A stretch of DNA of 32,000 nt from Candidatus Iainarchaeum sp. (lineage in GTDB: Archaea > Iainarchaeota > Iainarchaeia > Iainarchaeales > JACQJH01): contig JACQJH010000002.1 of assembly GCA_016205145.1 (NCBI GenBank), positions 330,001 through 362,000 of the forward strand. Reading direction: 5' to 3'. Made by a program: the position numbers and the translations under genes. Below are positions 23,912 through 32,000 of the stretch, piece by piece. Position 1 is the stretch's first letter; each line of letters begins with the position of its first letter. The notes beneath the pieces were generated by a model. The model was not told the DNA's origin. It worked only from the letters and a program-made list of their open reading frames with translations, and made no database searches.

Positions 23912-25222
23912 TTAGTGCAGCCTGAAATGGAAGTTCCTGTGCTGTGCGAAAAAATGGTAGTATGCCGCGCCCGCGGCGATTGCCGCGAAGCCGGCAAGCA
24001 TTACTTCAAGCCTGAGGCTCGCCATCAATGCAAGCGAGGCGATTATTCCAAACAGCGGCAGAACCGGGACATTGAAAATTGAAATCGGTATCCTGAAGCC
24101 CCTTTCAAGGTCCGGCCTTGAAAACCTGAGCCAGATGACGGAAAAGTTGACTATTATGAAGACCGCGAACAGCAGGAAATCCGTTGTTTCGGCGATGAAT
24201 TTTATGTCACCTGAAAAAATTGACATCCAGGCCAGGCCCGTGACAAGGAAAACGGAAAGCCACGGCACCTGCGCCTTCTTGCTGACCATGCACAATTGTT
24301 CCGGCAAAGCGCTGCCCTTCGCCATGCCGAAAACAAGGCGCGAAAGCGACAGCATCAAAAGCAGTACAGTGCTGCCGGTCGACAAAAGCGCGAGCAAGCC
24401 GATTACTCCGAAAGCATTGGCACCATAAGCCTTTGCGGCCACGTCCGCCAGCGGAGCCTTTGACTCGGCAAGGCCATGCGCGCCCAGGACGCCCAAGGCC
24501 GAAAATGCGACCAGAATGTAGATGACAGTGCTTATCACGATTGCAAGCAGCAGGGCCCTTGGAACGTTTTTGCGCGGGTTTTTCGCCTCCTCGCTCATGC
24601 GCGTTATTTCCTCAAATCCCAGGAAAGCGAAAAAGACCAGGGCCGCACCGGACAAAATGCCGCCCGCCACAGGCTCGGATGGAATGATTTTAACGTTCCC
24701 GAAAAAAGGCAGTGAGATGGCGATTATCGCAAGCAGGCCCAGGACCTCAAGCAAGGTCAGGGTTATGCCGATGCGCATGGAAAACTTCACGCCAAACAAC
24801 AGGACAAGGCAGCCGAAAATGATTATCAAAAACGCTGCCTGAAAAGCCGGAAAGCCGAAAACGCTTTCAAAGTAGCCGCCGAAGCCCAGGGCAACTGCCG
24901 CAATTGACACAATGCCCGCAATAGCCGTCATCCAGCCGGCAAGAAAGCCGAACCTGCGCGAAAACGCATGCCTTACATACTCGAATTCGGCCCCGGATTT
25001 CGGGAACATCGAGGAAAGCTCGGAATAGCTCAAGCCGGTTAAGCCTGCCACAATCGCGGCTATGACAAAGGAAACCCAAAGGCCGTCGCCCGCCAAAGCC
25101 GCGGCCTTGCCGATGAGCACGTAAATGCCCGCGCCCAGAATGACGCCGACGCCCATCAAAGTCAGGGACAAAAGGCCGAGTTGGCGTGAAAGCCTTGCGT
25201 CCCTGCACAACTTGTTGACCAT
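23912..25222 (-). CDS. APC-superfamily amino acid permease
   Basis: About 12 hydrophobic segments. The N-terminal signature is GVGVILGAGIYVLIG...SYSELSSMFPKSGAEFEY. ATG 25222 is preferred over TTG 25246. Confidence 0.85.
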   Translation of the reverse strand: MVNKLCRDARLSRQLGLLSLTLMGVGVILGAGIYVLIGKAAALAGDGLWVSFVIAAIVAGLTGLSYSELSSMFPKSGAEFEYVRHAFSRRFGFLAGWMTAIAGIVSIAAVALGFGGYFESVFGFPAFQAAFLIIIFGCLVLLFGVKFSMRIGITLTLLEVLGLLAIIAISLPFFGNVKIIPSEPVAGGILSGAALVFFAFLGFEEITRMSEEAKNPRKNVPRALLLAIVISTVIYILVAFSALGVLGAHGLAESKAPLADVAAKAYGANAFGVIGLLALLSTGSTVLLLMLSLSRLVFGMAKGSALPEQLCMVSKKAQVPWLSVFLVTGLAWMSIFSGDIKFIAETTDFLLFAVFIIVNFSVIWLRFSRPDLERGFRIPISIFNVPVLPLFGIIASLALMASLRLEVMLAGFAAIAAGAAYYHFFAQHRNFHFRLH

Positions 25223-25284
25223 AATGCCACCGGCAAAAAAAAGCAATCCAGCTTAATAATAAAAACACTCAACAGATATTAAAT

Positions 25285-26220
25285 ATGCGCTCCGAATCCG
25301 GGCAGGGCTCGCTTGAATATTTACTGCTTATCGGCGCGGCCGTCCTTCTCGCTGCAATCGCAATAATACTGCTGTCCGGCGCGGCACAGATGGGAAAGGA
25401 AAAAACCGAAAGCTCGGAGCAGGAGCTGGCAGACGCGAGCGCGCCGCTCAGGGCCCTGGCCACAGGCGAATTCGGCACGCCGACATTCCAGGGGCTCATA
25501 TACCACTGCGAGTTCGATGATTCGCTGGAATGCGCGGATTTCGACAAAAACCCTGTTTTTCCAGGCCAGTCAGCCGGAACAACCTACGTGCCCGGCATAA
25601 CGGGAAAGGGCCTTGTTGTTGATGACGCGCACGCCACAATCCTGGCGTACAATACTGCCGGAAACTTCCAATTGGAAGGCGGAACCGTACTAATGTTTTT
25701 CAAGCCGGCGTGGAACCCCCTTGACGGGAAAGCGCACACTTTTTTCGATTTGAGCAAAGGCGGAAAATACTTTTACCTGTCAAAAAGCAGTTCGAACAAT
25801 GACGTGACAGCGGTGGAGAAAATTGTTTTCGGCCTTGAAACCTCCGACGATTCGGATTACAGGCTTTTCGCCGACCCCGCGAAAATAAAGCCGAACCAGT
25901 GGAATTTCATTGCCGCCACATGGAAATACGGTTCGGGCGGAAAAATGGTTGTCTACCTCAACAACGAAAAGATTGCCGAAGGCGACACTTCAAGCCAGGG
26001 ACGAAAACTATCCGATCCGGGGCAAACGCACCCTGAAGGCCAGGTCAACAACGAAATGTTCGTAGGATACACCACAAACCTCTACAACAGCGGCCCGTTC
26101 AATGCCCAGACATTAGGCATAAAAGGAAGAGTCGAAGGCGAAATAGACGAACTCCAGATTTACAGGCGCCCGCTCATTGAAACCGAAATAAGGCAGATTT
26201 ACAACCACTTCAACAAATAG
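25285..26220 (+). CDS. Archaeal type IV pilin-like protein (class III signal peptide) with LamG/concanavalin-like domain
   Basis: MRSESGQGSLEYLLLIGAAVLLAAIAIILL matches the QxSxEYLxLI prepilin motif. The C-terminus EIDELQIYRRPLIETEIRQIYN is typical of LamG-type jelly-roll domains. Confidence 0.75.
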   Translation: MRSESGQGSLEYLLLIGAAVLLAAIAIILLSGAAQMGKEKTESSEQELADASAPLRALATGEFGTPTFQGLIYHCEFDDSLECADFDKNPVFPGQSAGTTYVPGITGKGLVVDDAHATILAYNTAGNFQLEGGTVLMFFKPAWNPLDGKAHTFFDLSKGGKYFYLSKSSSNNDVTAVEKIVFGLETSDDSDYRLFADPAKIKPNQWNFIAATWKYGSGGKMVVYLNNEKIAEGDTSSQGRKLSDPGQTHPEGQVNNEMFVGYTTNLYNSGPFNAQTLGIKGRVEGEIDELQIYRRPLIETEIRQIYNHFNK

Positions 26221-26252
26221 CGGACAACGCCCAAGGCAAAAAAAAACTGCAA

Positions 26253-26474
26253 TCACACCATCTTGCGCGCGCCCTTTTTCATCGAGCGCAAACACTTCTT
26301 GTGCCAATACTGGCCCATCCACTTCTTGTCCGAGCCGGAGCCGCCGCACAAGGAACAGGTTTCATTGTACTTGCCCCCGCCATCACCGCTTTCAGCATTG
26401 GCTTCATTGCCAGCAGGCTTTTTCTCTTCCGCGCCATCCGGCTTTTTGCCGAAAAGTTTTCCAAGCAGACCCAT
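26253..26474 (-). CDS. Small Lys/Gly-rich protein with CxxC...HxxC zinc-knuckle-like motif
   Basis: 73 aa with CSLCGGSGSDKKWMGQYWHKKC. Its own TATA-like box (rc GCAATAATTAAAAATCC) lies about 28 nt upstream of the ATG. Confidence 0.5.
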   Translation of the reverse strand: MGLLGKLFGKKPDGAEEKKPAGNEANAESGDGGGKYNETCSLCGGSGSDKKWMGQYWHKKCLRSMKKGARKMV

Positions 26475-26535
26475 GCTAACCGGAAAAGAAAACGCATTCA
26501 GGATTTTTAATTATTGCGCATGCAAAGGCGAAAAC

Positions 26536-27111
26536 TCATTCCGAAACTTCAACTTTGCCGGAAGCCTTTTTCACGCCCGAAGAAGGCCAATAGCTCGTGA
26601 AAGTGAATGCCTTGTCCGCTACGAATTCAACCGACTGCGATTTTTGCGCATCGCTTTTCCGGTATTTCACCGAAAAATAATCGCTTTTGATGTCAAGCCC
26701 GCCGTAGTATATGTCCTCGTCATTGAAATTGAAAGTTATCTTTACAGTCTCGCCCCTGCTCACGCTAATGGTTGAAGGGTCAAACCTGTGGTCGTCGGCG
26801 AGAATTGAAAACTCCTTTGTTTCAGGCGCGGGCTGTTCCACTGCAACAGGTTCCTGCACGACGGTTTCATCGCCGCCAGTTCCGCTTTCCGGCGCGGGCA
26901 TCGCATCTTCAACAACAGGCTGTTCCTGTGCCCCCGCTTCGGGCGAAACGTTTTCCTGGATTGCCGGCTTTTCCGCTGCGGGCGCCTGCGCCTGCCCAGA
27001 ATCACTGCCGGATTTTTCAGCCGCTTTCTGGCCCTGCGCGCAGCCGGACAACAGCAAAGCCAAAACAAGAGCCAACGCAAAAAAGGCAAAAGCGTTTCGA
27101 GAAAAATGCAT
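26536..27111 (-). CDS. Secreted lipoprotein with cupredoxin-like C-terminal domain
   Basis: Has a signal peptide with lipobox LLLSGC, a low-complexity Pro/Glu/Ala linker, and a C-terminal FDPSTISVSRGETVKITFNF beta-sandwich-like region. A TATA-like box (TTAAATA) lies about 25 nt upstream. Confidence 0.65.
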   Translation of the reverse strand: MHFSRNAFAFFALALVLALLLSGCAQGQKAAEKSGSDSGQAQAPAAEKPAIQENVSPEAGAQEQPVVEDAMPAPESGTGGDETVVQEPVAVEQPAPETKEFSILADDHRFDPSTISVSRGETVKITFNFNDEDIYYGGLDIKSDYFSVKYRKSDAQKSQSVEFVADKAFTFTSYWPSSGVKKASGKVEVSE

Positions 27112-27154
27112 GAATACAAAACCTGCAAAACCGTATTTAAGAATTTTTCCAGAT

Positions 27155-27227
27155 TAGCCCTGGAGAGATTCGAACTCCCGTCTTCGGGTCCAAAGCCCGA
27201 CATCCTTGGCCGCTAGACTACAGGGCT
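27155..27227 (-). tRNA. tRNA-Gln (UUG)
   Basis: The reverse complement folds with acceptor AGCCCTG/CAGGGCT (A1:U72), anticodon stem TCGGG/CCCGA, loop CTTTGGA and T arm GGGAG-TTCGAAT-CTCTC. Confidence 0.88.
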
Positions 27228-27313
27228 TCTAAACGCTCCAAATTCGCTTAAAAAGATTGTCTGGAAGATAGCTTTTATAAGTTAATTATGGGGGATTATT
27301 TCCTGCGGACAAT

Positions 27314-27387
27314 GGGAGTGTAGCTTAGCCTGGTGGAGCACCCGACTGATAATCGGGCGGTCGGCGGTCCAAATCCGCCCACTCCCA
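27314..27387 (+). tRNA. tRNA-Ile (GAU)
   Basis: Folds with acceptor GGGAGTG/CACTCCC, D stem GCTT/GAGC, anticodon stem CCCGA/TCGGG, loop CTGATAA and T arm GGCGG-TCCAAAT-CCGCC. Confidence 0.9.
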
Positions 27388-27447
27388 AGCCCAGAACCTG
27401 TGCAAATAAATAATAGTTCGCCCTATTTTTTTCAGCTTGTGGTTTGC

Positions 27448-28455
27448 ATGGCGGAATCCAAAAAGAAGGCTTACGTTGTCGACAACCTCAGCGTCAAGGA
27501 TTATGGCAAAAGGCTTGAGCTGAGGCTTTCCGCAAAAAAACCGGGCAAAAAGAAGGCAAAGGAAGCCAAAGTGAAAAAAGCCCGGCCAAAAAAATCTTCA
27601 TCCAGGGCCGCGCCAAAGCATTCGGTTGAGACTTTGAAAAGGCTTATAGCGCAAAAAGCTTCATCTCCAAAGCGGGGGGCGGGTCAGGAGTTCCCTAGAA
27701 CTGGGGAGGGGGGCACCCCCTCCGCGGTTCGGCTGGAGGCGTTTCTGAAAAAGGTTGAAAGGCGCGTCAAGGCGGGCAAGGCAAAAAAGCCTAAAGCTTC
27801 TGCAAAAGCTGTTGCGAAGAAAAAAGGCAAAAAGCCCAGGCATCACAAGGCAAGGGTTATAGTTTTGATTGAATCTCCGCCCCAGCTGAAAAAGGAGAAG
27901 GCTGTCATCAGGCGCACGATTGGCGAGATTGTCGACAGGAAAGAGGATTATCTGCCGAAAGGCAGCAGGCTTGTCCTGGCAAACAACGACATTGCAAGGA
28001 GATGGCACCGCTTTTACCGCGCTTCCGGGGTTCCGGAGCCGTTCTGGTTTTTGTACAGCGTCATCCGCTCCGGAAAAGTCCAGCCTTCGCTTGGGCTCAT
28101 AAACAATTATTACAGGATTTTCCCCTTCGATTTGGAGTCAAGCGAATTCAGGCATGAAATCATTGCAATCCGCGGGCGCGAGAGGATTGCGCCTTCGCCG
28201 GGAGTCCTTGACAGGAAACCCGAATCGGAAAGGGATTTGCATGATTTGGAGGAAGGCCTTGCCTTGCGCGAGGTTGTGAGGTTCAAGGAAGAACAGCAGC
28301 GCTATCCGGGCGAGGACGAGTTTGACAGGATTGCGGACAACATTGTCGAACAGCTGCAGAAATCCGCTTTGGAGCCGGAGAATGAAACCGAAGAGGAAAG
28401 CAAGGCGATTCTCGACGAAACCCCGAAACCCAGAAGGCACAGGCACAGAAAATAA
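27448..28455 (+). CDS. Highly basic Lys/Ala/Pro-rich protein with conserved-looking C-terminal domain (function unknown)
   Basis: ORF 27400..28455. ATG 27448 lies about 35 nt downstream of AAATAAATAAT. The N-terminal half is KKPGKKKAKEAKVKKARPKK-type low complexity. The C-terminal half is globular, and the protein ends PRRHRHRK. Confidence 0.6.
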   Translation: MAESKKKAYVVDNLSVKDYGKRLELRLSAKKPGKKKAKEAKVKKARPKKSSSRAAPKHSVETLKRLIAQKASSPKRGAGQEFPRTGEGGTPSAVRLEAFLKKVERRVKAGKAKKPKASAKAVAKKKGKKPRHHKARVIVLIESPPQLKKEKAVIRRTIGEIVDRKEDYLPKGSRLVLANNDIARRWHRFYRASGVPEPFWFLYSVIRSGKVQPSLGLINNYYRIFPFDLESSEFRHEIIAIRGRERIAPSPGVLDRKPESERDLHDLEEGLALREVVRFKEEQQRYPGEDEFDRIADNIVEQLQKSALEPENETEEESKAILDETPKPRRHRHRK

Positions 28456-28470
28456 AAGGGCGTTTTTTTG

Positions 28471-29106
28471 ATGAAATTGCCAAAGCCGGTTTTTTTCGCT
28501 TTTGCATTGCTTGTCCTGCTTTCGGCGGTCTTCGCGCAGGTTTCTGTTGTCGAAGTGTCTCCGCAGCTGAAAGCCAAAAACCTTGAAATCGAAATAATCC
28601 TTTTGAACAAGTCGGATTCTGACGAACAGGCGCGCATAAGCTTTTTTTTCGACGGGCAGGTTTCCGACAACTTTGAGAAGATTCCTGGCCAGGGCACCAA
28701 AAAGCTGACTTATGAGGTGAGAAGCGTTTCCCCCGGCAGCGTGCTATTGGAAATTGAAAGCGACGAGAACAAAAACTTCGAGTTGATTGTGCCATTCGAC
28801 CTCGCCGACGGAAAGGTTGCGGTGAAGGAAATTTCCTCGGAGGAAAAAAGCGCGTTGTTCCGCTCGCAGAAAGGCGAAACCGAAAACTTTGAGAAACTGA
28901 AAAGCGTTTTGCGCGGCTATCTCGGCGAAGGGTACGCAACAATAATCTTTCTCGCCCTTGTCTTCATTGCAATAGCCCTTGTCGTCGGCTTCAAGGCATT
29001 GAAAAAGGACGCCGATTATGCGAAAAAGGAAAAGGAAGTAAAATCAAACATGCTTCTACTCGGCGAATTGGACAAAATAAAGGAAAAAAGGGCAAAGGAA
29101 AATTAG
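28471..29106 (+). CDS. Secreted, C-terminally anchored hypothetical protein
   Basis: Has a signal peptide (MKLPKPVFFAFALLVLLSAVFA), a beta-rich ectodomain, a TM (ATIIFLALVFIAIALVVGF) and a Lys/Glu-rich cytoplasmic tail. Confidence 0.6.
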   Translation: MKLPKPVFFAFALLVLLSAVFAQVSVVEVSPQLKAKNLEIEIILLNKSDSDEQARISFFFDGQVSDNFEKIPGQGTKKLTYEVRSVSPGSVLLEIESDENKNFELIVPFDLADGKVAVKEISSEEKSALFRSQKGETENFEKLKSVLRGYLGEGYATIIFLALVFIAIALVVGFKALKKDADYAKKEKEVKSNMLLLGELDKIKEKRAKEN

Positions 29107-29131
29107 CGGTTACCTGCGCCAAAAAAATTGG

Positions 29132-29683
29132 TCAAACATTATCCCAGACCTGGACAAAGTTGTCCACGAGCTCGTCGACAAAGCTTTCCCTGTAGCCTTT
29201 GAGGAGTTCGGCCGTGCCTACGGGATCTGAAATGAAATAGGCTATTTTGCGGCCGCGCTTGCGCTTGCCGACAATGCCTTTCGACAGCAGTTCGTTCATG
29301 TGCCATGAAACTGTTGAAGGGGACAATTCGCATTTTTTGGAAATCTGGTCGTTTGCCGCGCGCTTCTTTTCAATCAGGAAAAGGACTATCCTCCGCACTG
29401 TCGGCTTCCTGAGGAACGACATCAAAACCTGCTTGTCGCCAAGCTGCGGCCCCCTCACGGAATAAAACCTTGAGAACTTGCCGGTTTTTTCAATCCGCAC
29501 AAGATGGTGGCGCTCAAGCACCTGTAAATGGTATTGCAGTGAGCCGACTGCCATTCCGCTCCGCCTCTGGAGCTCGCGGAAATGCAGGCCCGGGTTTTCC
29601 TCTATCGCCTTGTAGAGCCTGTCCCTGCTTTGCAGTTCCAGCGCCTTTTGGCCTTCGTCAACTGGTTCCGGCATTTTGGTCAC
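29132..29683 (-). CDS. Tandem winged-helix (ArsR-like) transcriptional regulator
   Basis: Two wHTH units are present: LHFRELQRRSGMAVGSLQYHLQVLERHHLV and NDQISKKCELSPSTVSWHMNELLSKGIV. The start is GTG 29683 (GTGA overlap) or ATG 29674. Confidence 0.75.
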   Translation of the reverse strand: MTKMPEPVDEGQKALELQSRDRLYKAIEENPGLHFRELQRRSGMAVGSLQYHLQVLERHHLVRIEKTGKFSRFYSVRGPQLGDKQVLMSFLRKPTVRRIVLFLIEKKRAANDQISKKCELSPSTVSWHMNELLSKGIVGKRKRGRKIAYFISDPVGTAELLKGYRESFVDELVDNFVQVWDNV

Positions 29684-30054
29684 TGCTTTTTGAGCACCGC
29701 GAAAAACAACGCAGCCAATATGAACAAGTCAAAAAGGCTCAGCGTGGTTTCGGACATGAACCTGCCCGGGCTGAAGAAAATGTCGGCCAGGGTGAGCAGG
29801 ATTTTCAGCGAAAACAGGCCGAACGCGCCGGCGAGGAAAAAGAATTTTTTCGAGCCGGTTTTTTTCAGCGCAAGCCATGACAGCGCGAGAAGCGCGGATG
29901 AAAACAGCAAAACCACGAATTTGATGGGCACTTCCAGGTCGAGGGCAAGCTGAGTCACCGGCCGCAGGAAGTCCCACGCCTTGCTTTGCGCAAAAGCGGC
30001 GGACGACAGCAAAACCATGAAAGCAATCGGCAAAATTCTTTTCGACAAAAACAT
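29680..30054 (-). CDS. Small multi-TM membrane protein co-transcribed with the wHTH regulator
   Basis: ATG 30054 (MFLSKRILPIAFMVLL...) is preceded by GGAGGA at about 8 nt. There are four hydrophobic segments. The longer ORF to 30234 is considered a 5' over-extension. Confidence 0.6.
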   Translation of the reverse strand: MFLSKRILPIAFMVLLSSAAFAQSKAWDFLRPVTQLALDLEVPIKFVVLLFSSALLALSWLALKKTGSKKFFFLAGAFGLFSLKILLTLADIFFSPGRFMSETTLSLFDLFILAALFFAVLKKQ

Positions 30055-30265
30055 CAGGAATCCTCCGGAACAAATTATTCCAATTTTGATGCAAATAAAA
30101 TGAACCAAAAAAAAGAAAAGGGCGGAGGAAGGGAAAAAAAGCCTTCCAGCCAGCCTTTTTGGGATTGTGAGGTGTCCAAAAAAGCAACCTATACATATAG
30201 GCTGCCGGGCGCTTATAAAGGAGTTTTGGTACAATTTATGCCCTGGTACAAAAACCGGAATTTGC

Positions 30266-32000
30266 CTATTTGAGCAGTTTGGCGAATTTTTCCCCGAGCT
30301 GCTTTGCGTCGGCCTTTCCGCGCAGTTCGCGCATCGCCAATCCGACCAGGAAGTTCAAGGCCTTTTCCCCGCCATTTTTGTAGTCTGCCGCGGCGGCAGG
30401 GTTTGCCGCGACAACCCTTGCTATTGCCGCATCAACATCCCCCGAGCCGGCGTCCTTCAGCAAATCGTTCTTTTTGAGGAAATCCAGCGGCTCGGCTTTT
30501 TCATTGACGTACGCAATCATCGCTTCCTTGGCGTTCTTTTCTGAAACTTTTCCCTGTTCGAGCAGGCGCAGTAGCCCCGCAATCTTGGCTGGTTCAAGGT
30601 TCAGCCGCTTCAGGTCTAGGCCCGAGCGGTTTGCGATTGCAAGAAGCTCGCGAGTCAGGAAAGAGGCTGCAAGCTTTGGCTCAACGCCTTTCGCTGTTTC
30701 CTCGAACAGCCTTCCAAGCGTTGCGTCGGATGAAAGCACTTTTGCCGTATAATCGTCCAATCCGAATTCCCTGCCGAAGCGCCCCGCCTTATTGGAATGC
30801 AGTTCCGGCAGGCCTTTCTTGATTTCATGCAGTTCCGCTTCCAAAACAACGGTTTTGACCAGGTCGGAATCAAAAATATAGCCGTAGTCGTCCTCGGTTT
30901 CCTTCAGCCTCAGCCTTTTCGTCACAAGGCCTTTCTCGTCAAACGACCTTGTTTCCCTTTCAACTTTTTTCCCCGCTGACAGAACCTTTCTCTGCCTCGC
31001 AATCTCGAATTCTAGGGCCTTTTCGACAAACCGGAAGCCGGAAATGTTCTTGACTTCGACGCGCTCGGAACCCTCGATTGAGGCGTTCGAATCGACTTTC
31101 AAAGTGTTCTTTCCCTGCTCGAAAACTTCCAGGTATTCGAGCATTTTGAGCAGTTCGTCCAGGAATTCGCGCGTTTCCTCCGGCTTTCCGAAATCCGGTT
31201 CCGTGACAATCTCGCACAGCGGAATGCCGGAACGGTTGTAGTCGATAAGGGAATAGGCCGAGCCGTGAATGCCGCCCTCGTGCACCAATGCCGCGGGATC
31301 CTCTTCCAGGTGGATGCGCCTTATGCGGATGGTTTTGCCGGATGGCAGCTTTACACTGCCGTTCTCCCCGACCGGAATCTCGAACTGCGTTATCTGGTAG
31401 TCCTTCGCCAGGTCGGGATAAAAGTATGTCTTGCGGCTGAAAAAAAATTCATTGTTGACCCTGCAGCCCAGTGCAAGGCAAAGCTTCAATGCAAAGTCGA
31501 CGGCTTTCCTGTTCAGGACCGGCTTGCTGCCCGGCATGCCAAGACAGGTTTCACAGCAATGCGAATTCGGCTCAGCTTCGGCAGTGGAACAGCCGCAGAA
31601 AAGCTTTGACTGCGTGTCCAGCTGCACGTGCACTTCTAGGCCCATGACTGGCGCGGGCCCGGAAACCTGTTCAACCGAATAATTGTCAACTGCATTGAGC
31701 AGTTTTTGCGGCGCAATTATTATGCCCGCGGTTTCAATTCCGGCATTGAAGCTTATCTCATTGTTTGAAAACAATGGTTTGTCGAAAATTTTTTTCACGC
31801 CATCAATCACGGGCGGGACGAGGCCTACAACGCAGCCGGTGTGCTTTTCGACTTCCTCGGAACTTGCAAGCCGGACAAGCTTTGCATTCGCGATTTGCAC
31901 CAGCCTTTTCTCGTCAACGCTCCGGTCACCGGACAGGACAACCAGCAACGGCTTTCCGTCCACGATGTACAGCAGGGTCTTGGCAATCTGCCTGAGCTGC
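30266..32000 (-). CDS. gatB: YbaK/ProX-like aminoacyl-tRNA editing domain fused in frame to Asp/Glu-tRNA amidotransferase subunit B (5' end outside window)
   Basis: The reading frame is open from the window edge (QLRQIAKTLLYIVDGKPLLVVLSGDRSVDEKRL...EEVEKHTGCVVGLVPP...ISFNAGIE, a tRNA_edit/YbaK pattern). It continues into the GatB core (MGLEVHVQLDTQSKLFCGCS...) and the C-terminal GatB/YqeY tail, with no stop codon between the two parts. Confidence 0.8.
   Translation of the reverse strand, partial: QLRQIAKTLLYIVDGKPLLVVLSGDRSVDEKRLVQIANAKLVRLASSEEVEKHTGCVVGLVPPVIDGVKKIFDKPLFSNNEISFNAGIETAGIIIAPQKLLNAVDNYSVEQVSGPAPVMGLEVHVQLDTQSKLFCGCSTAEAEPNSHCCETCLGMPGSKPVLNRKAVDFALKLCLALGCRVNNEFFFSRKTYFYPDLAKDYQITQFEIPVGENGSVKLPSGKTIRIRRIHLEEDPAALVHEGGIHGSAYSLIDYNRSGIPLCEIVTEPDFGKPEETREFLDELLKMLEYLEVFEQGKNTLKVDSNASIEGSERVEVKNISGFRFVEKALEFEIARQRKVLSAGKKVERETRSFDEKGLVTKRLRLKETEDDYGYIFDSDLVKTVVLEAELHEIKKGLPELHSNKAGRFGREFGLDDYTAKVLSSDATLGRLFEETAKGVEPKLAASFLTRELLAIANRSGLDLKRLNLEPAKIAGLLRLLEQGKVSEKNAKEAMIAYVNEKAEPLDFLKKNDLLKDAGSGDVDAAIARVVAANPAAAADYKNGGEKALNFLVGLAMRELRGKADAKQLGEKFAKLLK

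Noticed and set aside
27671-27723. A G-tract-rich stretch (GGGGGGCGGG...GGGGAGGGGGG) considered as a G-quadruplex regulatory element.
   Set aside because: It lies inside a CDS. The central loop of about 24 nt is too long for a canonical G4. The same sequence forms an ordinary GC hairpin. It is noted under the basic-protein finding only.
30055-30234. The 5' extension of the small membrane-protein ORF (start at 30234).
   Set aside because: The extension covers T-rich terminator-like sequence after gatB and a palindrome (CCTATATGTATAGG). ATG 30054 has a GGAGGA motif at the correct spacing and starts a typical signal/TM segment.

Overview
This window looks like an archaeal chromosomal segment. 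The evidence is GatD/GatE, an archaeal-type ProRS, an ATP-dependent DNA ligase, a class III (archaeal pilin) signal peptide, a bulge-helix-bulge tRNA intron, and TATA-like boxes about 25-30 nt upstream of many start codons, which suggests mostly leaderless mRNAs. Compact spacing and overlapping start/stop codons suggest a small-genome lineage, possibly DPANN-like, but that is only a guess. About 30 protein genes are packed tightly, and most are translation or housekeeping genes: TatD, a HemK-like methyltransferase, a DRG GTPase, proS-proB-proA-proC, ligase, gatD, gatE, a gatB fusion and PGI/PMI. There are also envelope or secreted proteins: an M23 peptidase, a LamG pilin-like protein, a lipoprotein and several signal-peptide/C-terminal-anchor proteins. 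I can fold five tRNA genes by eye: Trp-CCA with a 254-nt intron, Pro-GGG, Pro-UGG, Gln-UUG and Ile-GAU. I saw no rRNA, CRISPR array, transposase or integrase. Main items for follow-up: (1) the very long tRNA-Trp intron, which carries box C/D-like guides aimed at C34 and C39 plus extra modules; (2) a proline cluster of two tRNA-Pro genes, proC, proA, proB and proS on one strand; (3) a YbaK/ProX-like editing domain fused in frame to GatB; (4) a 58-nt two-hairpin element in two copies with a compensatory base-pair change; (5) an Arg-rich multi-HTH, sigma-70-like gene between gatD and gatE; (6) an M23 peptidase in an archaeal context. All calls come from reading the sequence and ORF translations. 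No searches were run.
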